From positions 5,565 to 69,564 of the forward strand of contig JBMOIB010000004.1 in assembly GCA_049317545.1 (NCBI GenBank): a DNA stretch of 64,000 nt, read 5' to 3'. The notes under the pieces are model-generated. The model was not told where the DNA came from and did no database searches. It was given only the letters and a program-made list of their open reading frames with translations. Positions 12,683 to 20,328 of the stretch are shown here, in pieces (the first letter of the stretch is position 1; each line of letters starts with the position of its first letter). The stretch is from Caulobacterales bacterium. Lineage in GTDB: Bacteria; Pseudomonadota; Alphaproteobacteria; Caulobacterales; Aquidulcibacteraceae. The translations under genes and the position numbers were made by a program.

Positions 12683-13717
12683 ATGCGCCAATTGGCGGAT
12701 GAGACCAAGTCTTCACGCAATTTGCGCGCCAAATCGGGCGGGCGCGAGCCGGCGCGTGGCCGCAGTCGCGCCCGTTCGCCCATCGCACTGGTTCTAGCCG
12801 GCGCAGGCCTCGGCGCGGCGGCTGGCGCAATTGCGTCAACCAACCCGATCGTCGCCGCACTTGCGGGCAAGGCTATCTGGATCGGTGCGGGAGCTGGCGT
12901 CGGCGGCGCCATCGGCGCCCTTGCAGCGTGGTGGAGCGATCCCGTTCGGGCGCGCATCCGCCGCCGCGACGAGATCGCCGCGGACGCCACGCATCAGCTG
13001 AACCTGCCGTTTGCCGCGACCACTGATCTGCGCGCCCTGGCCCCCGACCGCCGTACGCCGATCGGTTTGCTGCTCGACCGTCCGTCCTCGCCGTTCGCGA
13101 CAGGTGTGCGCGACGTGCTTTTCGCGCTCGATCGGGCCCTCGACGCCTATTTCGGCGGTCGCATCGTGCTGGTTGCGGGGCCACATGCCGGCGTTGGCGC
13201 CACCACCCTCGCCGCCAGTCTCGCGATCGCGGCGGCCGCGGAGGGACGGCGCGTTCTGCTCATCGACGCCGATCTTCGAGGGCGTGGCGCCACTTTGCTG
13301 CTGCGCGCGAGCGCACAGGCCGGCATTCACGAAGTCGCAGTCGGCGCGGCGCCGCTCGCGGCGGCGATTGCCCGAGCGGACGCCTATGGCTTCGACGTCG
13401 CGACGGCCGGCCCATCCCGGTCGGGCGGACAGGAGCTCTATTCGTCGGTGATGTGGAGCCAGACACTGGCGCAGGCGCGCCTTGCCTATGATCTCGTGAT
13501 CATCGACGCGCCGCCGGCGCTCGAATCTGTCGAGGCGAGGATGCTCGCGCGGACGGTCGACGCGACCCTGATTGCGGGCAGGCGTGCGAAAACGCGCCGT
13601 CTTGCGGCGCAGGCGGCCAGCGCCATTCTCAGCCGCCCTGACGGATCGGCCCCGATCGCCGCGGCCGTCATGACGGATGCGCCGCCGCCGAAGTCCAAGC
13701 CCCGGCGACGGGGTTAG
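12683..13717 (+). CDS. membrane-anchored BY-kinase/MinD-like P-loop protein with degenerate Walker A
   Basis: Basic N-terminus, Gly/Ala-rich TM region (LVLAGAGLGAAAGAI...WIGAGAGVGGAIGALAAWW), Walker A' VLLIDADLRG and Walker B LVIIDAPP. Walker A reads GPHAGVGATT, with Ala where the Lys is expected. There is no C-terminal Tyr cluster. The start is at ATG 12683. Confidence 0.7.
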   Translation: MRQLADETKSSRNLRAKSGGREPARGRSRARSPIALVLAGAGLGAAAGAIASTNPIVAALAGKAIWIGAGAGVGGAIGALAAWWSDPVRARIRRRDEIAADATHQLNLPFAATTDLRALAPDRRTPIGLLLDRPSSPFATGVRDVLFALDRALDAYFGGRIVLVAGPHAGVGATTLAASLAIAAAAEGRRVLLIDADLRGRGATLLLRASAQAGIHEVAVGAAPLAAAIARADAYGFDVATAGPSRSGGQELYSSVMWSQTLAQARLAYDLVIIDAPPALESVEARMLARTVDATLIAGRRAKTRRLAAQAASAILSRPDGSAPIAAAVMTDAPPPKSKPRRRG

Positions 13718-13721
13718 GGCG

Positions 13722-14075
13722 TCACATCTTCACTTCGTAATCGGTGCGCTTCTTGCCTGCGGATTCGAGCGCCCGCAGCCAACGCGGGGTTGGGCCGCGT
13801 CCAGCCCATTCTTCGCCCTTCGGGCCGCGATACTTGACCGGGAGCTTCTTGCCGGCGTCGGCGCGCTGACGGCGGCGGCGCTCGCCGCCCATGAGGCCCT
13901 CGACGGTGAGGCCGAGCTCGGCGGCGCGCTCGCGCATTTCCTCGATAAGGGCCTGCTTGGCTTCGCCGAGTTTGGCTTCGCGCACACGTTCGGCTTCCGC
14001 GATCAAACTGGTGAGATCAGCGGGAGAAAGATGGTCGATAGCGGGTAGATTTGACTTTTCCGGCTTCTTCGTCAT
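13722..14075 (-). CDS. H-NS family nucleoid-associated protein
   Basis: Coiled-coil N-terminal half and a C-terminal DNA-binding motif KYRGPKGEEWAGRGPTPRWL. ATG 14075 is preferred, but GTG 14087 is possible. Confidence 0.85.
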   Translation of the reverse strand: MTKKPEKSNLPAIDHLSPADLTSLIAEAERVREAKLGEAKQALIEEMRERAAELGLTVEGLMGGERRRRQRADAGKKLPVKYRGPKGEEWAGRGPTPRWLRALESAGKKRTDYEVKM

Positions 14076-14149
14076 CGCAATTTGCACCTATCCAAAAACC
14101 ACCCAGGAGGATGCTTACATGAGCGCTTCGCGACTAAGATTCAATGAAT

Positions 14150-14542
14150 TTATCGCCAGCGCGCCAAAAGCAACCGCGCCAGATGAAAAGCCGACAACAC
14201 GCCGATGACTGCGGTCGTATCGGCAACCCAATCCATAGCATCCGCATCGCGGCCTATGACCGGCAAACCCTGAAAGACCTCAATCAAAGCCCCGAAAAAC
14301 GAAAGCCCAATCGCGAGCTTGATGAAGTTTGCCCTTGGGAAAGAAAACACTGCGAACACCGCAAGCGTCGCAAATGCAACCATATGTAGGACTTTGTCCG
14401 ATTTGAAGATTTGGTCGCTGGTCGGGTCCGGCCACAAGGCGCCGACCAGAGAAGCGACCAGGGCGACTGCAAACATCGCCCGCGCCACCGCCACAAAGCG
14501 CGGCGAAGCGGCCCAATGTCTGAGGTGCGCCCCGGTCTCCAT
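14150..14542 (-). CDS. VanZ family membrane protein
   Basis: 130 aa, 4 TM, with DKVLHMVAFATL and GALIEVFQGLPVIGRDADAMDWVADT signatures. The start directly abuts the upstream stop (TGAATG). Confidence 0.75.
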   Translation of the reverse strand: METGAHLRHWAASPRFVAVARAMFAVALVASLVGALWPDPTSDQIFKSDKVLHMVAFATLAVFAVFSFPRANFIKLAIGLSFFGALIEVFQGLPVIGRDADAMDWVADTTAVIGVLSAFHLARLLLARWR

Positions 14543-15556
14543 TCAGAAATTCAGGACGATTTTGCCAAAGTGGGCGCCCGCCTGCATGGCCTCGAACGCG
14601 GCGCGCGCGTCGGTCCAAGCGTAGGTCTTGTCGACCACAGGTTCGATTCGATGCAGAGACATGGCGCGCAGCATATCAGAGAAGTTATCGCGCGACCCGA
14701 CAGACAAACCCTGAACCCGCGCATTGGTCCAGATCAGCATCGGAATGGGGATCGGTTCGGCAATCCCGGTCAACAGGCCGACGATCGCGATATGGCCCTG
14801 CTGGCGAACGCTTTTGAGGCTTTCCATAAGCGTCTTGGCGCCGCCCACTTCGACGACAAGGTCGGCGCCGCGGCCGCCGGTTATCCGCCGCACCTCACGC
14901 GACCAATCGGGAACCGCTGAATAATTGACCCCATGATGGGCGCCCATGGCTTTGGCGCGCGCAAGCTTTTCGTCTGACGACGAGGTGATGATGATCTCGC
15001 AGCCCAGTGCCTTTGCGAACTGCAGCGCAAAGATCGACACCCCGCCGGTGCCTTGAAGGACAACAACGTCGCCGGCTTTGACCCCGCCATCAACGACCAG
15101 TGCTCGCCAGGCCGTCACCGCCGCGCACGGCAGGCTCGCGACCTGGGCGTCTGATAGAAACTCTGGAACCTTGATCACGCCATGCTCGGAGATCTTCATG
15201 AACTCCTGGCCGCACCCGTCGCGGGGACCGCCTAGCGAACCTGCCAGGCGGGACGGCGTCGGCGGGCCAGCGATCCAGGTGTCGGAGAAGAACAGGCTTG
15301 CAACCCGGTCGCCCACGGCGAGCGTCGTCACGCCGGGCCCGATCGCTTCGACCACGCCGCAACCGTCGGAAAATGGGACCAGCGGCAGAGGATGGCCCCC
15401 GCCGTAGGTGCCGGCGACCGTCAGCAGATCGCGGAAGTTGAGGCTGACCGCACGCATGCGGACGATGACCTCGCCCTGCCCCGGGGTCGGGTCAGGACGA
15501 TCGGCGATCTTCAAGTTCTCGAGACCGTAGGCTCCCTGGATTTCGAGCACGCGCAT
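14543..15556 (-). CDS. NADPH:quinone oxidoreductase-type MDR oxidoreductase
   Basis: 337 aa, zeta-crystallin-like (VRMRAVSLNFRD, AAVTAWRAL, VVVLQGTGGVSIFALQFAK). A strong SD, AGGAGGG, precedes the start. Confidence 0.88.
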   Translation of the reverse strand: MRVLEIQGAYGLENLKIADRPDPTPGQGEVIVRMRAVSLNFRDLLTVAGTYGGGHPLPLVPFSDGCGVVEAIGPGVTTLAVGDRVASLFFSDTWIAGPPTPSRLAGSLGGPRDGCGQEFMKISEHGVIKVPEFLSDAQVASLPCAAVTAWRALVVDGGVKAGDVVVLQGTGGVSIFALQFAKALGCEIIITSSSDEKLARAKAMGAHHGVNYSAVPDWSREVRRITGGRGADLVVEVGGAKTLMESLKSVRQQGHIAIVGLLTGIAEPIPIPMLIWTNARVQGLSVGSRDNFSDMLRAMSLHRIEPVVDKTYAWTDARAAFEAMQAGAHFGKIVLNF

Positions 15557-15569
15557 TCGCTTCCCTCCT

Positions 15570-16751
15570 TTAGGCTTGGTTTTTCTCTCGATGCATCATG
15601 TGGGCGATCAAAAGGCCGCCGGCGAGCGCAAGCCCCGCCATCGCCCAATAGCCATGGACTCCGACCGTATCGTAGAGCGCGCCAGAACCGATCGAGGCGA
15701 CGCCCATGAACGTGCCTGAAGCAAGCGCGGCGTAGAGCGTCTGGCCCGACGCGGCGGCATGCTCAGGCGTCTCGCGCTGGACGATGCGGACCGCGCCGAC
15801 GTGTGCGGCGGCGAAGGTCAGCGCATGCAGCGCCTGCAGCGGTATGATCAGGGCCGCCGGCGGCGCCAGCGCAAACAGCGACCAGCGCACGACCCCTGCT
15901 CCAGCCCCAATGAGCGCCAGCATTTCAGGGCGCATCCGTCGTTCGATCGCCGGCAGAGCCGCAAGGAACCCGATCTCAACCAACACGCCAACCGCCCACA
16001 AGAGGCCGGTGAAGCTCGCGGAAATCCCCTGCTTCTCCCAGACGAGCGTCGAAAATCCATAATAGAACGCGTGGCCGGCCTGGATGAGACCGCAACCGAC
16101 GATCGCCAGCACATAGCGCCGATTGCGGAGCAGTGCGCCGATCTGGACGAGGCGCGCCCGATAGGAGGCGGATTGCGCGGCGCGCGGCGCCGGATCGCGC
16201 GCGAGCGAGAACGACGCCAGGAAGGTCAGGCCATAGCTCGCGACCACCCAGGCGATCGCCACATCGGCGCCGAACCGGGCGACGAGCAGACCGCCGCCGA
16301 CATTCCCGAGAATGAAGGTCGCTGAAGCGAAGGCGCGGCCGACGCCATAGGGCAAACCGCCGGCCGCGCTGGCCCGCAGGATCGCGCCCTCGGCGATTGG
16401 CGTGAGCGCCGCCGCGAGCGTGGAGGCGACGAACCCCGCGGCGAACAGCGCCCAAAAGCCGTGCGAGGACCAGAAGGCCAAAAAGGCGAGGAGCGCGCCC
16501 GCTGGCAGGAGGCGCAGCGGCAATGCGCGATCGGCGAACCCGTCGATCCAGGCGCCGAGCAAGGGCGCGGTCACGAGACGCGCCAACGCCGCCGATGACA
16601 GCACCGCGCCGATCTCAAGCCCGGTAAGCCCGCGCTCGGCCTCCAGCCACCGCGGCAGGAACGGCATGGCTACGCCCGACGCCAGGAACGCCAGCGAAAG
16701 ATAGAGCGACAAGCGAACCGCAGGGTCCGCCGCAACAGGTGTGCGATCCAT
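15570..16751 (-). CDS. MFS transporter (HcaT/MFS_1_like type)
   Basis: 393 aa, about 12 TM helices, typical MFS topology. Confidence 0.85.
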   Translation of the reverse strand: MDRTPVAADPAVRLSLYLSLAFLASGVAMPFLPRWLEAERGLTGLEIGAVLSSAALARLVTAPLLGAWIDGFADRALPLRLLPAGALLAFLAFWSSHGFWALFAAGFVASTLAAALTPIAEGAILRASAAGGLPYGVGRAFASATFILGNVGGGLLVARFGADVAIAWVVASYGLTFLASFSLARDPAPRAAQSASYRARLVQIGALLRNRRYVLAIVGCGLIQAGHAFYYGFSTLVWEKQGISASFTGLLWAVGVLVEIGFLAALPAIERRMRPEMLALIGAGAGVVRWSLFALAPPAALIIPLQALHALTFAAAHVGAVRIVQRETPEHAAASGQTLYAALASGTFMGVASIGSGALYDTVGVHGYWAMAGLALAGGLLIAHMMHREKNQA

Positions 16752-16762
16752 TGGGGGCGAGG

Positions 16763-17215
16763 CTACATCGGCGGCAGATCGACGAGGCGCGCGCGGGCGC
16801 CGTCGCGCAACAGCGTCCAGATCTCGGCGTCGATCTCGGCGGCCCAGGTCTCAGCATCCGCCTCCACAGCCGCGTGCAGGCGAATGAGCAGCGCGCGCAG
16901 CCCGGCATTCTCGATCTGCAATGCCGACACGCGCAACGACGCGCTCGCCGGCGCTTCGCCCGCGGCCCGCAGAGCGTCGGCGAGATCACGTTCAACCGGC
17001 GTCAGCGCAGCGCGCGCAAACAGGCCGCGCAGGCGGGCGTTTTCCGTGTGCAGAACGTCGGCCGCCTTGTCGACCTCCTGGGCCGCAAGAAGCGCGAGCA
17101 TCATGACGATCGTGGCGTGACCCTTGCCGTACGGATTGGCCTCCAGCAGCGGGACGACGCCGGTCGCAAGCGTCATGGCGCCGCCGGCGAGGAGTTCGGA
17201 CACCGAAGGCTTCAT
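16763..17215 (-). CDS. hypothetical helical protein
   Basis: 150-aa ORF whose start overlaps the kinase stop by ATGA. No motif recognised. Coding status is supported mainly by the coupling and its position inside the operon. Confidence 0.5.
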   Translation of the reverse strand: MKPSVSELLAGGAMTLATGVVPLLEANPYGKGHATIVMMLALLAAQEVDKAADVLHTENARLRGLFARAALTPVERDLADALRAAGEAPASASLRVSALQIENAGLRALLIRLHAAVEADAETWAAEIDAEIWTLLRDGARARLVDLPPM

Positions 17216-18252
17216 GCGAGCGCTCCGCGGGCGGCGGCGGCGAGGCGCCGCGCGATGATGTCGTCATGACGAAGCGTGCAATACCAGCCGGAGAAGGCGA
17301 GCACCGGATCGGTGTTCTTGCCTGCCGCGAAGGCGTGCGAAGAGGAGAGCCAGATCGCGGCGCCCTTCACGCTCGCGAACAGCGACCACCAACGCATGGC
17401 GTCGGGATCGCATGAAAGCCCGCTCGCATTCTCCCAGATGTCGATCGCCTCGCCGCGCGGAATGGCGCCGAGCGCGAGATCGCTTCCATGGCTCCACAAT
17501 GGATCCAGCGCCCAGGCGAGATCTTCGAGGGCGTCGCCGATATGGGCCATCTCCCAATCAAGGATGGCGATGATCCGGCCTTCGCCGTCATGCAGGAAGT
17601 TGCCGCTCCGATAGTCGCCGTGCACGACGCTCAGGCGTTGCGGCGGCGGTGGCGGGTTTCGGCGCAGGCGTCGGATTGCGGCCTCCACGATCGGCTGCGG
17701 CTCGAGCGCATCTGCGGCGACGACGCCGGCCCAATACTCGAGTTCGCGCGCCCAGCATTGCTCCGGATCTGGCGTATCGACGACGCCGGGAAGTTCCGTG
17801 TCATAGGGATCGACGCGGGCGATCGCGCCGAGATGGGTGAAGAACTGACGGGCGACGTCCACACGATGCGCACCGTAGGGGTCGGCCTGGAACGGACTGG
17901 CTGCCGACCCGCCCTCGATCCGCTCCATGATGAAGAACGGCTTCCCCAGGAGCGCGGGATCAGCAACCAGCGCGATCGGCTCCGGCGCCGGCACGAGGCC
18001 ATGGAAGGATCGGTAGGCCGCGAACTCCAGCGCGCGATCGGTGTCGATCAGGCTGTCGTCGGGATCGCGCCGCAGGATCAATCCGCGCTGTACCGGGCCG
18101 GCGGCGGCGTCAAAAGCGACTTCGATCGCATAGGTCTCGCGCGACGCGCCGCCGTGGATGCGGAAATGATCGACGATCCGCAACCCCCATGAATCGGGAA
18201 TCGTTGAATCGAGGAAGGCTTCGAGACGCGCGATTTCGTCCGGCGTCAGCAT
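17212..18252 (-). CDS. phosphotransferase (APH/ChoK-fold small-molecule kinase) family protein
   Basis: Brenner motif VVHGDYRSGNFLH and metal-binding ILDWEMAHIGDALEDLAW. The start at 18252 overlaps the upstream stop (TAATG). The track ORF extension to 19017 is Arg-rich shadow sequence. Confidence 0.85.
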   Translation of the reverse strand: MLTPDEIARLEAFLDSTIPDSWGLRIVDHFRIHGGASRETYAIEVAFDAAAGPVQRGLILRRDPDDSLIDTDRALEFAAYRSFHGLVPAPEPIALVADPALLGKPFFIMERIEGGSAASPFQADPYGAHRVDVARQFFTHLGAIARVDPYDTELPGVVDTPDPEQCWARELEYWAGVVAADALEPQPIVEAAIRRLRRNPPPPPQRLSVVHGDYRSGNFLHDGEGRIIAILDWEMAHIGDALEDLAWALDPLWSHGSDLALGAIPRGEAIDIWENASGLSCDPDAMRWWSLFASVKGAAIWLSSSHAFAAGKNTDPVLAFSGWYCTLRHDDIIARRLAAAARGALA

Positions 18253-19364
18253 TATTCGGCGCCGTCGACGATCGACTTGAATCCCGATGGCGCATGCGGC
18301 CCGATGACGAGCTGTTCGAGGATGCCCATGCCGGTCGACGCAAGGCCGTCTGGACCGTCGTGGCGGACTTCCGAGATCGCCTGGATGTGCAAGTTCTGCG
18401 GAACGAGCGGGTCGAGATCGGCGGGCTTGAAGTCTTCTCGCGCCACAGCGAGCGGCCCCTTCCACATGCCATGGCCCCAGTCGGCATGGCCATAGCCGAT
18501 GCCCTTCATCTGGAAGTGCGCGAGCGGACGCCAGGTGACGGTGTGGCCGCGGCCGGCCGGGTCGGCGACGTCGAGGCGCGCGGACGCCGCGTGGCGACGG
18601 CCCTTGGCCCAGCTGACCTCCATGTGCGGATGCTCGAGGTGCACGAATCCGTCGACGCCGACGCCATCTGAGGCGAGCACGGCGCGCGTGTTCCAGGGCT
18701 GGCCACGTTCGTCCTCGTTGACGTGAAAGAACAACGACAGGTTCGGAAAATTCGTCGGCGCCCACAGCCAGTAGAACTGCGGCGCCATGGCGGGAACGGT
18801 CGGTTGCGCGTCCGGCGCGCCGATCGGCCGAATGCCCCAGGACCGGTCGCGCGTGCCCCAGCTCGTCGCGCTGTCGTAGGTTTCGCGCACGCCGTCGGCT
18901 TCCGTCCAGCCGGACCAGCGCATGTTCTGGGTGAAGCGCGTCAGGTCCATCATCATGCGCGGTCCGATCCGGCGCGTGAAGCGCGGCTCCTGGATCGGAA
19001 AGGCGCGGCCGACGCACTCAATGTCGGCGCTCATGCCTTCGGTCGGCGCGAGCCTGATGCGCAGCTTCTGGAGCGGCTCGATCACCTCGATGGAGATCGG
19101 CCCGACCGAAAGGTTCATCCGCTCCATATCGAGCACGCGCGAGGCATGGATCGAACGCTGGACGCCGTCCTTGCCGAGCAGGGAGAAATGCGCGTCCATC
19201 ACATTGAGATGCGGGTAGACGCCAAAGGCGACCGCAAAGTACGCGCCGCCGTCGGCCTGCGCGCCGCAGAAGAAATAGCGGTCGTAGAAGTTTCGATCCG
19301 ATCCGGAGAACGCAATGGGCTCCGGCGTTTGATGGATCGGATATTCGTCCCCTTTCGTGAGCAC
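18252..19364 (-). CDS. conserved hypothetical protein (about 370 aa, predicted beta-rich)
   Basis: A long ORF with ordinary composition. The start is placed at GTG 19364, preceded by GGGAGGA with a 4-nt spacer. No catalytic motif recognised by eye. Confidence 0.7.
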   Translation of the reverse strand: MLTKGDEYPIHQTPEPIAFSGSDRNFYDRYFFCGAQADGGAYFAVAFGVYPHLNVMDAHFSLLGKDGVQRSIHASRVLDMERMNLSVGPISIEVIEPLQKLRIRLAPTEGMSADIECVGRAFPIQEPRFTRRIGPRMMMDLTRFTQNMRWSGWTEADGVRETYDSATSWGTRDRSWGIRPIGAPDAQPTVPAMAPQFYWLWAPTNFPNLSLFFHVNEDERGQPWNTRAVLASDGVGVDGFVHLEHPHMEVSWAKGRRHAASARLDVADPAGRGHTVTWRPLAHFQMKGIGYGHADWGHGMWKGPLAVAREDFKPADLDPLVPQNLHIQAISEVRHDGPDGLASTGMGILEQLVIGPHAPSGFKSIVDGAE

Positions 19365-19474
19365 GGCGTCCTCCCTATGATCCCGGCCAAGTGGGTCTGG
19401 CCTTATGGTTTTGCCTGCGAGGTTTTGACCTCGCGGTTCACTCGCCAGGGTGGACGAGCCCGCGGGAGAGTTCA

Positions 19475-19930
19475 ATGTCCACTACAAGGACTCCGCCGAT
19501 GAGCATGCGCGCAGATGAGATCCACGCCTTCCTGCGCGAGGCCTTCCCTCACGGCGCCCCGCCAGAGGTCGAGTCCGCGGACGGGCGCACGGCCCGGTGT
19601 CGCATCCGCTATGCCGAAAGCCAATTGCGTCCGGGCGGCACGCTTTCCGGCCCAACGATGATGAGCCTGGCCGACACCGCGATGTACGCGCTCGTTCTAT
19701 CGGCGGTCGGGTTTGCGCCCCTCGCGGTGACGACCAACCTGTCGATCAACTTCCTGCGCAAACCGGCGCCGGGCGATTTGATCGCCGAGGCTCGTCTCCT
19801 GAAGCTCGGCAAGGCGCTTGCGGTCGGCGACGTGTCGATTTTTTCCGATGGCGCCGACGACATCTGCGCCCATGCGGTTGTGACCTATTCCATCCCGCCG
19901 GACGCGCGGACTGCGGAGGCAAAGCGCTGA
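19475..19930 (+). CDS. PaaI-family hotdog-fold thioesterase
   Basis: 151 aa with GTLSGPTMMSLADTAMYA...VTTNLSINFLRPA...G. ATG 19475 is in frame within track ORF 19391..19930. Confidence 0.85.
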   Translation: MSTTRTPPMSMRADEIHAFLREAFPHGAPPEVESADGRTARCRIRYAESQLRPGGTLSGPTMMSLADTAMYALVLSAVGFAPLAVTTNLSINFLRKPAPGDLIAEARLLKLGKALAVGDVSIFSDGADDICAHAVVTYSIPPDARTAEAKR

Positions 19931-20328
19931 TGCGTGTAATCGGCCGCACAGCTTTCGTCGGCGCTGTGAGCGGGTTTCTCGCCGTCGCGATCGGCGCATT
20001 CGGCGCTCATGCCGTGCAGGACTCGCACGCCAAGGACCTCATCGAAACCGGCTTTCGCTATCATTCGCTGCACACAATGGCGTCCTTCGCGTCGTTGTCG
20101 TTCCGCAATTGGGGCGCGCCGATCGCCCGATACGCGCCGCCCTTGTTTTTCGCGGGGATCGTCCTGTTCGCCGGTTCGCTCTACGCACTCGCGCTTGGCG
20201 CGCCGTCATGGGTGGGGGCCCTCACGCCCATAGGCGGCCTCGCCTTCCTCTGCGGATGGGGCGTGCTGGCGGTTGGCGGTCTCAGCCTCGCGCGTCGTCC
20301 CTGGCGCACCGACGACGAGGCCTCGTGA
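19930..20328 (+). CDS. DUF423 (YgdD-like) membrane protein
   Basis: 132 aa, 4 TM, GAFGAHA signature. The start overlaps the thioesterase stop (TGATG). Confidence 0.8.
   Translation: MRVIGRTAFVGAVSGFLAVAIGAFGAHAVQDSHAKDLIETGFRYHSLHTMASFASLSFRNWGAPIARYAPPLFFAGIVLFAGSLYALALGAPSWVGALTPIGGLAFLCGWGVLAVGGLSLARRPWRTDDEAS

Noticed and set aside
18253-19017. N-terminal extension of the kinase ORF (track 17212..19017)
   Set aside because: It overlaps the 370-aa gene in another frame and is Arg/His/Pro-rich. MLTPDEIARLEAFL at 18252 is a normal APH-family N-terminus with stop/start overlap.
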